Of a DNA stretch of 64,000 nucleotides, positions 27,583 through 37,410 are shown piece by piece; within the stretch, counting starts at the first letter, position 1; every line of letters begins with the position of its first letter. The notes under the pieces are model-generated. The model ran no database searches. It was not told the DNA's origin and saw only the letters and a program-made list of their open reading frames with translations. The stretch is from the NCBI GenBank assembly GCA_965262725.1, contig OZ253555.1:2528001-2592000 (forward strand), read 5' to 3'. This DNA comes from Dehalococcoidia bacterium. Lineage in GTDB: Bacteria > Chloroflexota > Dehalococcoidia > UBA2979. A program made the position numbers and the translations under genes.

Positions 27583-29388
27583 ATGCAAGTCAGATCGCTT
27601 GTCGGCGCTGGACTGATCTCCCGTATCGACGAGTTGCTGGAGGCCCGGTACCGGTCCGCTGATCTGGGGAACATGGAAGATCCTCTGGACGAGACCATGT
27701 ACATCCTGCTGAGCAGGCAGACGCAGGAACCTGTCTACAGGCGGATGTACCAGAACCTCCGGCGCTGCTATCCGAGCTGGAATGACGTGCTTCAGGCTCC
27801 GGAAGAGCACCTGTCCCTTCTACTGCGCCCGGCAGGGCTCCATGAGCAGAGAGCTCGGCAAGTGAAAGCTCTACTTGCGGCAGTGCAAGAGGAGAACCGT
27901 CGGCGGGGTGTCGGGCCGGCCGCAATACCTGCAACCGACCTGACCCTCGACTTTCTCCGGACGCTCGGTGACGAGGAGGCTGAACAGTTCCTGATCCGAC
28001 TGCCGGGCATCGGCCCGAAGAGCGCACGCTGTGTCCTAGCGTATTCGCTCAACCGTCCCGCGTTCGCTGTCGACACGCACGTTCACAGGGTGTTCTCCCG
28101 GCTGGGCCTCGTCACACCGGCCGGAAGGAAGAAGGATCACGACCCATTCCAGGACGCGGTTCCCAAGGGTGCTCGGAAGCGGTTCCACATCAACCTCATC
28201 CACCACGGACGCGCGATCTGCCGTGCCAGAAGGCCGAAGTGTGGGGATTGCGTCCTCGTGTCGTTCTGCCCGGAAGGGCGCAAGACCGTAGCCAACAACG
28301 GGCGTCCCGCCGTGGTTGATCTCTTCGCCGGGGCTGGTGGCCTCGGCTATGGCTTCAGAAAGGCTGGCTTCCGTGTGGCACTTGCTGTCGAGTCAGACCG
28401 GCATGCGGCGCAAACCTATCGCCTGAACAACCCGGGTGTCCCCGTGATAGAGGCCCAGATCGATGCAACCACCTCATCACACCAGCTAGCCCGCTTCATG
28501 CCTGGCGTCGAGCAGGTCATGGGACTCCTCGCGGGTCCGCCGTGCCAGGGATACTCAGCCGCCGGTGCGCGTGACCCCGATGCCGAAGGGAACTTCCTGT
28601 ACCGGCAGGTCGCGAGGCTGGCAGCGGAGCTACGGGCTGAGACCGTCTGCCTCGAGAACGTTCCAGGCGTACGGCGCGTCAGGGGCCACGGCTTCCTTGA
28701 CTCCATCCTACAGAGCCTCCGCGACGCGGGCTTTGCGACCGATGCTCACCTGGTTAATGCCTGCGACTTTGGAGTCCCACAGCACAGGGCACGCTATCTC
28801 TTCCTCGGGCGCCGAGGCGAAGGAACATCCCCTCCTCCTGGACCGGGTGCAACACACCGCTCCCACGGGGAGGCCGCACCGAGCCACCTGCCGGAGGTCC
28901 CCACTCTTCGCGATGCACTCGCCGCCCTGCCCGAACTTCCCGCCGGCACCACTGGAGAGCCCGTAACAGGGCCCGACGGTAGGGAGTACTTCAACGTTGA
29001 GACGATGGCACACTCGGAGCGTGTGGTGGCCAAGATCAGAGGGATCAAGCCTGGTGAGGGCCCCATCTCGTACAGACGCCTCAAGGACGATGAAGCGCGC
29101 ACGTTGATCGCTGGGCACCGCGCCCTTCCCGTCCATCCATGGCTTGACCGGACCATCTCGGTGCGTGAGGCGGCGACCATTCAGGGGTTTCCGCATCACT
29201 ACCGTTTTTCCGGACCCCGTTCAACCCAGCCTCTCCAAGTGGCTAACGCAGTTCCGCCACCGCTTGCGGAGGCTGTCGCCCTCCACCTGATGCGGGTGAC
29301 CAAGGAGGGTCGCGCACCCGCGGACCCTTCCGAGGCCGCAGCCGCTGATGCCAACGGAGCAGGTCCGCGCCAGCCGCCCGAAGCCTGA
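27583..29388 (+). CDS. Fusion: HhH-GPD [4Fe-4S] DNA glycosylase (EndoIII-like) + C5-cytosine DNA methyltransferase
   Basis: N-term LLSRQT, LPGIGPKSARCV, VDTHV, C-x6-C-x2-C-x5-C; C-term DLFAGAGG, GPPCQGYS, ENVPG, QHRARY, REAATIQGFP, QVANAVPP, all in one frame. Confidence 0.92.
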   Translation: MQVRSLVGAGLISRIDELLEARYRSADLGNMEDPLDETMYILLSRQTQEPVYRRMYQNLRRCYPSWNDVLQAPEEHLSLLLRPAGLHEQRARQVKALLAAVQEENRRRGVGPAAIPATDLTLDFLRTLGDEEAEQFLIRLPGIGPKSARCVLAYSLNRPAFAVDTHVHRVFSRLGLVTPAGRKKDHDPFQDAVPKGARKRFHINLIHHGRAICRARRPKCGDCVLVSFCPEGRKTVANNGRPAVVDLFAGAGGLGYGFRKAGFRVALAVESDRHAAQTYRLNNPGVPVIEAQIDATTSSHQLARFMPGVEQVMGLLAGPPCQGYSAAGARDPDAEGNFLYRQVARLAAELRAETVCLENVPGVRRVRGHGFLDSILQSLRDAGFATDAHLVNACDFGVPQHRARYLFLGRRGEGTSPPPGPGATHRSHGEAAPSHLPEVPTLRDALAALPELPAGTTGEPVTGPDGREYFNVETMAHSERVVAKIRGIKPGEGPISYRRLKDDEARTLIAGHRALPVHPWLDRTISVREAATIQGFPHHYRFSGPRSTQPLQVANAVPPPLAEAVALHLMRVTKEGRAPADPSEAAAADANGAGPRQPPEA

Positions 29389-30640
29389 ACTACCCCCGCA
29401 ACACGTAGTGGCTGGGTTGCTGCCTGGACGCACTCCGCCCACGGTCCGAACGGGGGCGGCTGGGCCGCGCTCATACGAAGCGGCCGACCTGCGAGTCAGT
29501 CGCGGCGCGGCACTCGTGTAACGCGGCGAGTGTGGGGAACGGGCCGAGCGCAGGACGCACAGCGACAAGACGCGGAGGTTCGCGATGTCAGCACTCACTA
29601 GTGTCCCGAGTTGCAAATGCTGAAAACAATCGCACCGAGCCTCGCAGGCCTGGTCCGCTCAGTGGAGGCTTGGGTCGCAACTGGAAACGAGCACCGGAGG
29701 CGCTTCATCTCGCACAAACCGCCGACCAGATCCTTGAGTAGGGTCAGGGGCTGGCGCGGTGCGAGCCGTAGGCGGTGGCGCATATTGCCAGGCCGGTTTC
29801 CCGGTGGCGCCCATCTCCACAGCCGTAGCATCGTCCGTCTCCAGCCCCTGCCGCCTCGAACCGGACGTGAGGTTTTCCCTCATCCGGCTCACCGATGCCC
29901 TTCACCGGGCGGCATGCGGGGTGCCCCGCCACGGTCGATATGGCCGTGGTGCCACGACGCGCTGTCCAGCTAGCGAGATGAGCCCCAGACGGTCGGCGAC
30001 GGGAAACGGGTGCCCGCGATGGCGTCGCCGCCAACGCAACCGCTTCCCCAGCCAGAGTTTGAGTCTCCACATGGCAAACCAGTGCAGGACGTCGAACGCC
30101 CTCGCCGAGTTGCCGTAGCGGAAGTAGCTCATCCAGCCGCGGAGGTAGCGATTGACTTCCTCCACGACCTGCCGGGGACTCAGCAGCAGACGCAACCGCG
30201 CCGTGATTTCACGGATGCGGTCCCGCGCCCGCTGCATCGCTCGCCGTGAGGGCCAGCGTGCGAGGAACTGGATATTCTTGTTGCGCTTCGCACGTACCCA
30301 GCGATGCTCGAAGCCGAGGAACTCCAGCCCCTCGCCTCCCTCCCGCAGGTGCACGATGCGCGTCTTCTCCGCCTTGAGCTCCAGTCCGAGCTCACCCAGC
30401 AGGTCACGCAGCAGGGCCAACGCCCGCTCCGCTTCCTCCCGGCTCCGGCAGAGCACCACGAGGTCATCCGCATAGCGCACCAGCACGCCATCACCCTTCG
30501 CCTCCCAGTCCCGGTGGGAATGATGCTCTGAATTGGCCCCACCTGGAGCCGTTTTGATCCTTTGAATTGGCCCCACCCCCGACCCATCCAGGATCTACGC
30601 TCGGGTGACTGCATGACTCCCGGAGCGAGGGAAGAGGAGT

Positions 30641-32275
30641 GTGTCGAGAGTGGAGCTGTTCGAGTCTATCCGACGGATGGCGAGGGAGGAGGAGCTGTCG
30701 ATCCATGAGCTGGGACGCCGGCATGGCGTGCACCGGCGCACGGTGCGGCAGGCTCTTGGGTCGGCGATACCCCCGGAACGCAAGCAGGCGACCCGCGTGG
30801 CCCCGAAGCTCGGGCCGTACGTCTCGGTCATCCGGGGCTGGCTCGTGGACGACCTCAGCGCGCCGCGCAAGCAGCGGCACACGGCCCGGCGCATCTGGGA
30901 GCGCCTCGTCGACGAACACGGGGCGACGGTGGCCGAGCCCACGGTCCGCGCCTGCGTCGCGCGCCTGCGTCGCGAGATCCAGGGCGGGCGCGCGGTTGTG
31001 ACGATCCCGCAGGTCCATCCTCCCGGCGAGGAGGCGGAGGTCGACTTCGGCACGGTGACGGTGTGGCTGGAGGGCGTCGAGACCCGGCTGGCGATGTTCG
31101 TGATGCGGCTCTCGCATTCGGGGCGGGCGGCGCACGTCTGCTTCGTCGGCGAGGGCCAGGAGTCTCTGCTCGAGGGGCACGTGGTCGCCTTCGAGCGGCT
31201 CGGCGGAGTGCCGCGGCGCATCCGCTACGACAATCTGACGGCGGCCGTCACCACCGTGCTGCAGGGACGCGAGCGCCTGCAGACCGAGCGCTTCATCGCG
31301 CTCCGCTCGCATTACGGCTTCGACAGCTTCTTCTGTGAGCCCGGCATCGAGGGCGCGCACGAGAAGGGCGGTGTGGAGGGCGAGGTCGGCCGCTTCCGCC
31401 GGCGGCACTTCGTGCCGGTCCCGAAGGTGGCGACCCTCGGCGAGCTGAACGAACGAGTGCGGGAGGCGGACCGCACCGACGACGCCCGGCACATCGAGAG
31501 CCGCCTCGCCACCGTCGGCGAGATGGGAGAGAACGAGAAGGCCTCGCTGCGTCCGCTTCCGGCGGAGCGCTTCGACCCGTCAATCCCGCTGCGCGCGAAG
31601 GTCGACCGCAAGGCGCGCATCGCCGTGCGTAGCTCCCGCTACTCGGTCCCGGCGGCCTATGCAGGCCGGAAGCTGGACGTGCGGCTGTCCGGGAACAGCC
31701 TGACCGTGTGGGCCGAGGGGCGTGAAGTCGCCCACCACGAGCGCAGCGCCCGCACCGGAGCAGAGGTCCTGCTGCTCGACCACTATCTGGAGGTGCTCGC
31801 GCGCAAGCCCGGGGCGGTCCCGGGCTCGGTGGCGCTCCAGCAGGCGCGTGCGAAGGGACACGTCACAGCCGAGCATCAGCGCTTCTGGGACCGCGCCCGC
31901 CGCAAGCTCGGCGACCGCGCGGGCACGCAGGCGTACATCGAGGTCCTGCTCCTGCATCGCCATCTTCCCTTCACGGCGGTGCACGCCGCGCTCGGGACGG
32001 TCAACAGGATCCAGTCGGTGAACCCCGAACTGGTCGCCATCGAGGCGCGCCGTCTCGCCGACCGCAGGCCACCAGACGCCGCCGTCGAGAGACCGCACCT
32101 GGAGCGCTACGACCGACCTGCCCCGCTCCTCGATGGCTACGATGCGCTGCTCTCGGGTGATTCCCGATGGCCCGGCACGTCGCCGGGCGGGCGCTCCCGC
32201 GCTCCGCGGTCTGCCGAGAACGCGTCGCACACCACCACAACCGCCGTCACCGCTGCGGTGTCGACGGCACGCTGA
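30641..32275 (+). CDS. istA: IS21 transposase IstA
   Basis: HTH, EAEVDFG, RIRYDN, HEKGGVE DDE motifs. Confidence 0.95.
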   Translation: MSRVELFESIRRMAREEELSIHELGRRHGVHRRTVRQALGSAIPPERKQATRVAPKLGPYVSVIRGWLVDDLSAPRKQRHTARRIWERLVDEHGATVAEPTVRACVARLRREIQGGRAVVTIPQVHPPGEEAEVDFGTVTVWLEGVETRLAMFVMRLSHSGRAAHVCFVGEGQESLLEGHVVAFERLGGVPRRIRYDNLTAAVTTVLQGRERLQTERFIALRSHYGFDSFFCEPGIEGAHEKGGVEGEVGRFRRRHFVPVPKVATLGELNERVREADRTDDARHIESRLATVGEMGENEKASLRPLPAERFDPSIPLRAKVDRKARIAVRSSRYSVPAAYAGRKLDVRLSGNSLTVWAEGREVAHHERSARTGAEVLLLDHYLEVLARKPGAVPGSVALQQARAKGHVTAEHQRFWDRARRKLGDRAGTQAYIEVLLLHRHLPFTAVHAALGTVNRIQSVNPELVAIEARRLADRRPPDAAVERPHLERYDRPAPLLDGYDALLSGDSRWPGTSPGGRSRAPRSAENASHTTTTAVTAAVSTAR

Positions 32276-32291
32276 CCACAGGAGGCACCCG

Positions 32292-33074
32292 ATGACAGCA
32301 CCCCTCACCGACCAGGCCGCGGAGCTGACAATCGAGGCGATCTGCCGCGAGCTCCGTCTCCCCACCGTCAGGAAGCAGGCGCTCCCGCTCGCCGAAGCCG
32401 CGGTCCGAGACCGGATCACCCATCTGGGCTATCTCGCCGAAGTGCTGGGAGCCGAACGCGATGACCGTGAGGAGCGGCGCCGTCAGCGCCGTATCGTCGA
32501 GGCGCGGTTCCCGCGTTTCAAGTACCTCGCCGACTTCGACCTCGAGGCGGCGCCGACAGTCGACGCGCCGGCGCTCGCCACGCTGGAGCGCTGCGACTGG
32601 GTCGAAAGGGGCGAGCCCGTCGTCCTGCTCGGTGACAGCGGCACCGGGAAGTCACACCTGCTCATCGGCCTCGGCATGGCCGCCTGCCACCTGGGGCTGC
32701 GCGTGCGGTACATGACCACGGCCGCCCTGGTGAATGAACTGGCCGAAGCGTCGGATGATCGCGCGCTCTCACGCCTCGTCGCCCGCTACGGCCGCCTCGA
32801 CCTGCTCTGCCTGGATGAGTTCGGGTACGTCCACCTCGACCCGCGCGGTGCCGAAATGCTGTTCCAGATCCTGACCGAGCGCGAGGAACGGGCATCGGTC
32901 GCCGTCGCCTCCAACTCCCCGTTCTCCGAGTGGGGCCGCATCTTCACCGACCCTCGTCTCGCCGCGGCCGTCGTTGACCGCCTCACCTACCGTGCCCATA
33001 TCATCGAGACCGGCACCGAGTCCTACCGGCTCCGGGCCTCGACCTCCCCGAGAGGAGGTGCCCCAACGACCTGA
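32292..33074 (+). CDS. istB: IS21 helper ATPase IstB
   Basis: GDSGTGKSH, LCLDEFGY, AVVDRL; GGAGG before ATG 32292. Confidence 0.95.
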   Translation: MTAPLTDQAAELTIEAICRELRLPTVRKQALPLAEAAVRDRITHLGYLAEVLGAERDDREERRRQRRIVEARFPRFKYLADFDLEAAPTVDAPALATLERCDWVERGEPVVLLGDSGTGKSHLLIGLGMAACHLGLRVRYMTTAALVNELAEASDDRALSRLVARYGRLDLLCLDEFGYVHLDPRGAEMLFQILTEREERASVAVASNSPFSEWGRIFTDPRLAAAVVDRLTYRAHIIETGTESYRLRASTSPRGGAPTT

Positions 33075-33329
33075 TCCCGGTCCCCGGGGGTGGGGCCAGA
33101 TCAGAGGATCAAAGTGGGGCCAGATGTAAGCATCATTCCCAGTCCCGGTCCAACCGGTGCAGGTAGACATTGGCCAGCAGCGGGGACATCACCCCGCCCT
33201 GCGGCGTACCCGTCGCGCTGTGCTGCACGACCCCCGACTCCATCACACCGGCACGCAGCATCGCCCGTACCAGCTTCAGGAGATTGCGGTCGCATATCCG
33301 TTCCTCGACGGCCGTCATCAGACGGTCGT

Positions 33330-34191
33330 GTAGGGTCAGGGGCTGGCGCGGTGCGAGCCGTAGGCGGTGGCGCATCAGTTCCAAGCCGGTTTCCCGGTGG
33401 TGCCCAACTCCACGGCCATAGCAGCGTCCGTCTCCAGCCCCTGCCACATCGAACCGGACGTGAGGTTCTCCCTCATCCGGCTCACCGATGCCCTTCACCA
33501 GATGGCATGCAGCGCTCCCCACAACGTGGGTCGTGCCTTGGCCAGCCGGTACAGCATGTGCGGAGAGCCTCGAACCCTACCAAGTGGTTGCTAGCCCCGA
33601 GGGGCACTCACCAGTCCACACCCCCAGCAACATGCACGGACAAAGTAGGGGTCCTTCCCATCACCGGCGGTTATGTTGTCCGTCCGGCTCCAGCGGTACT
33701 ACGACCCCCTCCGCCACCCTTCCGGCTGGCTGTCCACTTCCCGGCTCTGACCGGTTATAGGACGCCTCGCTCCGACGCCCTCTCACAGGGTGCCGGGCCG
33801 GGGAGGGCTTCTCCGGTTCCCGTCGCTACCTTCCGTACGTTCCACGTCCCATACGCCGGGAGGTTTCTTGAGGCTGCATTCCAGGATCTTCACCTCGTCC
33901 ATGGCCTTCGCCCTGACCACCCGGGCTCGGCTCCTCCTTGGTCCTGTCAATAGACAGGCGAGTCTCACGGCGCGGCAGACTTCGCGTCATGCTGCGGACC
34001 GCACGTTTGCTCCCCCTCATAGGGCTCTTGACGTCGGGCTTCGACGCAGACCGTTTCCCGTCCACGCCGCCGACCTGCTAACGGGCCTCCTGACAGTTAC
34101 CCGTGCCGGACTCTCACCGGCTGGCAGCAACGAGCATGTCTCCGGACCGGTCACGTCATCACGTCACCACCCCTTCGACTTCCGGACGCAC
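33330..34191 (-). mobile_element. ORF-less group II intron, copy 2 (twintron inside the RT ORF)
   Basis: Same 862 nt as 8486-9347, reversed; removal restores RT codon C|AC (ESIPHDRL). Confidence 0.94.
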
Positions 34192-36190
34192 GCGGTATCG
34201 ACTCGAAACACGAGGCGATGTCCGTCTCCACTACCCACCGCCTGCCCCGCCACGCCTCGTCAATGAGGACCTGCAGGGCGTCATGGGCCGAACGCTTCGG
34301 GCGGAAGCCGAAGCTGCATGGCAGGAAGTCGGCCTCGAAGACCGGCTCCGTCACGAGCTTCAGCGACGCCTGCACGATGCGGTCGCGGACCGAAGGAATC
34401 GAGAGCGGGCGCTCTTCCGACCGACCGGGCTTGGGTATCCAGACCCGGCGGCTCGGCTGCACCCGGTAGCTTCCCTCCTTCAGTTCCGTGGCCAGTTCAT
34501 CCAGCAGGCGCTCCACGCCGTAGCGCTCGACCTCGGCGAGCGTGACGCCGTCGATACCGGCTGCGCCGCGATTGCGACGCACCTGCTCCCACGCGCGCTC
34601 CAGAATGTCTCTGCGATAAACCTTGTCGTAGAGCGCATGAAAGCGTCTATTGGGGTCGGCCTTGGCCGCCCGGTAAAGCGTGCGTTGTAGTGTTCGGACC
34701 TTGTCTTGGATGGAGTTAGCCGCTTGGGCACTCACCGATTCATCCCTACTCCCCACGCGTGAGCAAAGCAGGGGTCCTTCCCATCACCGGCGGTTGTGTT
34801 GTCCGTCCGGCTCAAGCGGTACTACGACCCCCTCCGTCACCCTTCCGGCTAGCTGCCCACTTCCCGGCTTTGACCGGTTATAGGGCACCTCGCTCCGACA
34901 CCATCTCGCAGGGTGCCGGGCCGGGGAGGGCTTCTCCCGTTCCCGTCGCTACCTTCCAAACGTTCCACGCCCCTTACGCCGGGAGGTTCCTTGAGGCTGC
35001 AGCGCAACGCGCATTCAGGATCTTCACCTCGTCCATGGCCTTCGCCCTGAATTGCCGGGCTCGGCTCCTCCACTATCCGTTAACGACGCGGCAGGCTTCG
35101 CTTGATGCTGCGGACCGCTTGGTTGCTCCCCCTGATAGGGCTCTTGACGTCGGGCTTCGACGTGGACCGTTTCCCGTCCGCGCCGCCGACCTGCTAACGG
35201 GCCTCCTGACAGTTACCCGTGCCGGACTCGCACCGGCTGGCAACGACGAGCATGTCTCCAGACCGGTTACGTCATCACGTCACCCGCCCTTCGACTTCGG
35301 GACACACCAACCTCGCCGGCTATCTCAATCGCATTTCCAATTCAGGACACTAGGCACCTGCGGGACTTCAACAGGAAGGAGCGAGTCATCCTCCTCCGCG
35401 AAGCACTCGGCGAAGACACGTTCACGCTCGATACGAGCTTCAGGGAGCGGCTGGGAGCGAAGGTCGGCGTGAATATCCCTGCTGACGCGTTCGTTGCAAT
35501 GGACTACCACCTCGACTGGTTGCAGATGGCCCTGTACTTCGCCGCAACACCTTCGCCACCGTCCCCCATTCCGAACGACGATCTGTTCATGGCCAATCCG
35601 GAGGACACCGATCTACTCATCGCGTTCGACGAGGACGAGACGACCCACATCGTGCTGCTCGAGGCGAAGATGGAGACCGGCTGGATCAACGAACAGCTGC
35701 ACTCGAAGGCGCAGCGACTCGATCTGATCTTCGGGGCCGGCCGGCCGGGCGTGAATCTTGCCACCCCCTACTTCGTGTTGGCGTCACCGAAGCAGTCAGA
35801 GCAGATCCTGGTCAGCGGGTGGCCCGCGTGGATGACTCGTCGCGGCGTGCCGCTCTGGATGGCGTTGCCGCGACCGCCGGGGCTTCAGAAGGTGACGCGT
35901 TGCACGGCCGACGGGAAACGATCCAAATCGGGCCTGTCCCTGAAGCTCCGCTCGTAGCCCGAGACGCCGATCCAGCCGATTACCGCCACCCCAGCCCAAG
36001 CGTCAGCCCGCAGCCCCGGTCTTCCAGAGGATTGAACGAAGAAGGTGCCCGCCGAGCAATTGTGTCGGGTGGCCGTGGCGGCACTGACAACGGCGTTGCT
36101 CGTCGACATCGACCCTCAGTCCATGAAGCTGAGACTCATGCGCGGTGCATGCGAAGGTGGGGGGAGGTGGGCGGATCTGCCCGCGAGTCC

Positions 36191-37017
36191 CTATGAGACT
36201 TCGATTTCCAGGCGGCAGTGGTCGCTGGGACCCCACTGATCCGGCTCGCTGAGCGCGCTCACTCTCACGGAATCCGCAAGTCCCCTCGAGACGAAGGCGA
36301 AGTCCAGCTGCCGTGTCGCGGTCTCCGGCGTCTGGCTACTCGTGTAGTAGGTCGGGACGTTCTTGCTTCCCTCGGGCAGCTCACGCGGGCACGGATCCGC
36401 CTGGCGCCCGCGCGGGGCCTGGGGCCCACGAAGGGGAGCCCCAGTGCCCCCATCCTGTCGAACACGGTTCCGTAGCGCGAGGCCCAGTACCTGCTGCCGT
36501 AGTCTCCGTACCCATGGAGAATGTTGAGGTCGCCGGCCGCCAGGATGCTGTGACCGGACTGGCGGCCGATCAGCGCGGAGAGGTCAGAGACGACACGGTG
36601 CGCAGAGGCATCCGAGAGAATCCAGCTGCTGCCGGTGGAGGCGTGGGGCCTGCTCCAGAGCGAGTACATCGAGACGGCGAAGAAGGGCTCGATCTCGGGG
36701 GCGGGGACGGGCGCGACGGCGAGCGAGCCGGAACGTCTGACGGCCAAGTCGTTCCCGGTCGCGTCCTCGAGCGATCTCGCCTCGATCCACTCCACCGTGA
36801 CGCGCTGCGAGAGCCTGGCGACGGCCGTCCGCCAGGGCCGCGAGGCGTCCGTGCCGGCGGTCGACCAGGACGCCTCGTCGACATCGACTCGCCCGGCCAC
36901 GTCCTGCGGGGGCTCTGCGGCCTCTTGCAGGAGCGCGACGTCGGCGCCCATCTCGGCAAGGATGCGCCACGACTCGGGGTTGCGCCGGACGTTCCAGGAG
37001 ACGATCTTCACGGTCAA
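36191..37017 (-). pseudogene. Endonuclease/exonuclease/phosphatase (EEP) family, frameshifted
   Basis: SWNV, LLQE, AGDLN in frame 1; after a shift near 36420 the other frame gives PTYY...QLDFAFVS...PSDHCRLEIEVS*. Confidence 0.8.
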
Positions 37018-37410
37018 CGGGCAGACGTACCTTCGTGCTCACGAACATGGCCCGCGGATGCGGAGCGAACCCGTGCAGTCGGCGGCGATTGTAGCGGCAG
37101 GGCGCCGAACCTCCCGCCCCGAGTTCGATCCGCGACCGCTGATCGCCCGCCCGACGGCGCGCCGGGTGTCGTGACATTCGACTCGCAGGCAGCGAGGCGT
37201 CCGGCGGCACGACTCACCCGCGCCACTGGCGCTCTTGGCGCAACAGCGCCCGCTCGTCGCCGGCCTGTGCTGGACGCGAGACCCGGCGCTGATCCCAGCG
37301 CGATCGTTGGGTGGCGGGGCGATATGGTCTCGCCACCGATCTTCTGGGGATTCGGCACGTTGGTTTAGGTCGTCCTTGCGACCAGACTAGGCCCGCAGGC
37401 AGGTGATGAC

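Larger units (their letters stand above)
30515..33141 (+). mobile_element. IS21-family element copy 1
   Basis: Ends TGGGAATGATGC / GCATCATTCCCA, internal TTGGCCCCAC-type repeats, 7-bp duplication GTCCCGG (30508-30514; 33142-33148). Confidence 0.95.
29902..34735 (-). pseudogene. ltrA: Group II intron reverse transcriptase/maturase in three pieces (34192-34735, 33142-33329, 29902-30514)
   Basis: RFHALYDKV, GIDG, RPLSIPSVRDRIVQ, SFGFRP, DIASCF|HDRL, GTPQGGVMSPLLANVYL, RYADD, FLGF, X domain GWMSYF; no C-terminal En domain. Confidence 0.92.
29738..35307 (-). mobile_element. RT-encoding group II intron (host of two further insertions)
   Basis: 5' GTGTG at 35307, 3' CCCTGACCCTAC at 29738, domain V GAGCCGGATGAGGGAAAACCTCACGTCCGGTTC; RNA domains similar to the ORF-less intron. 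Confidence 0.93.
29598..35353 (+). mobile_element. IS630-derived MITE copy A, split by group II intron
   Basis: CTAGTGTCCCGAG...TCCTTGA (29598-29737) and CAACCTC...GGACACTAG (35308-35353) rejoin into the intact element seen at 53930-54116. Confidence 0.9.
29585..35957 (+). pseudogene. PD-(D/E)XK-like protein gene split after codon 5 by the nested insertion
   Basis: GGAGG-ATG 29585 (MSALT) + one CTAG + 35354 onward gives MSALTRHLRDFNRKER...AMDYHLDWL...DTDLLIAF...LLEAK, in frame to TAG 35957. Confidence 0.75.

Noticed and set aside
18129-29388. DISARM system (DUF1998 helicase + C5 methylase)
   Set aside because: No separate DrmA/DrmB/DrmC genes; a single 1800-aa helicase-DUF1998 protein fits DruE better.
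29902-34756. RT as retron, DGR or defence-associated RT
   Set aside because: It lies inside a group II intron with canonical ends, domain V and a maturase X domain.
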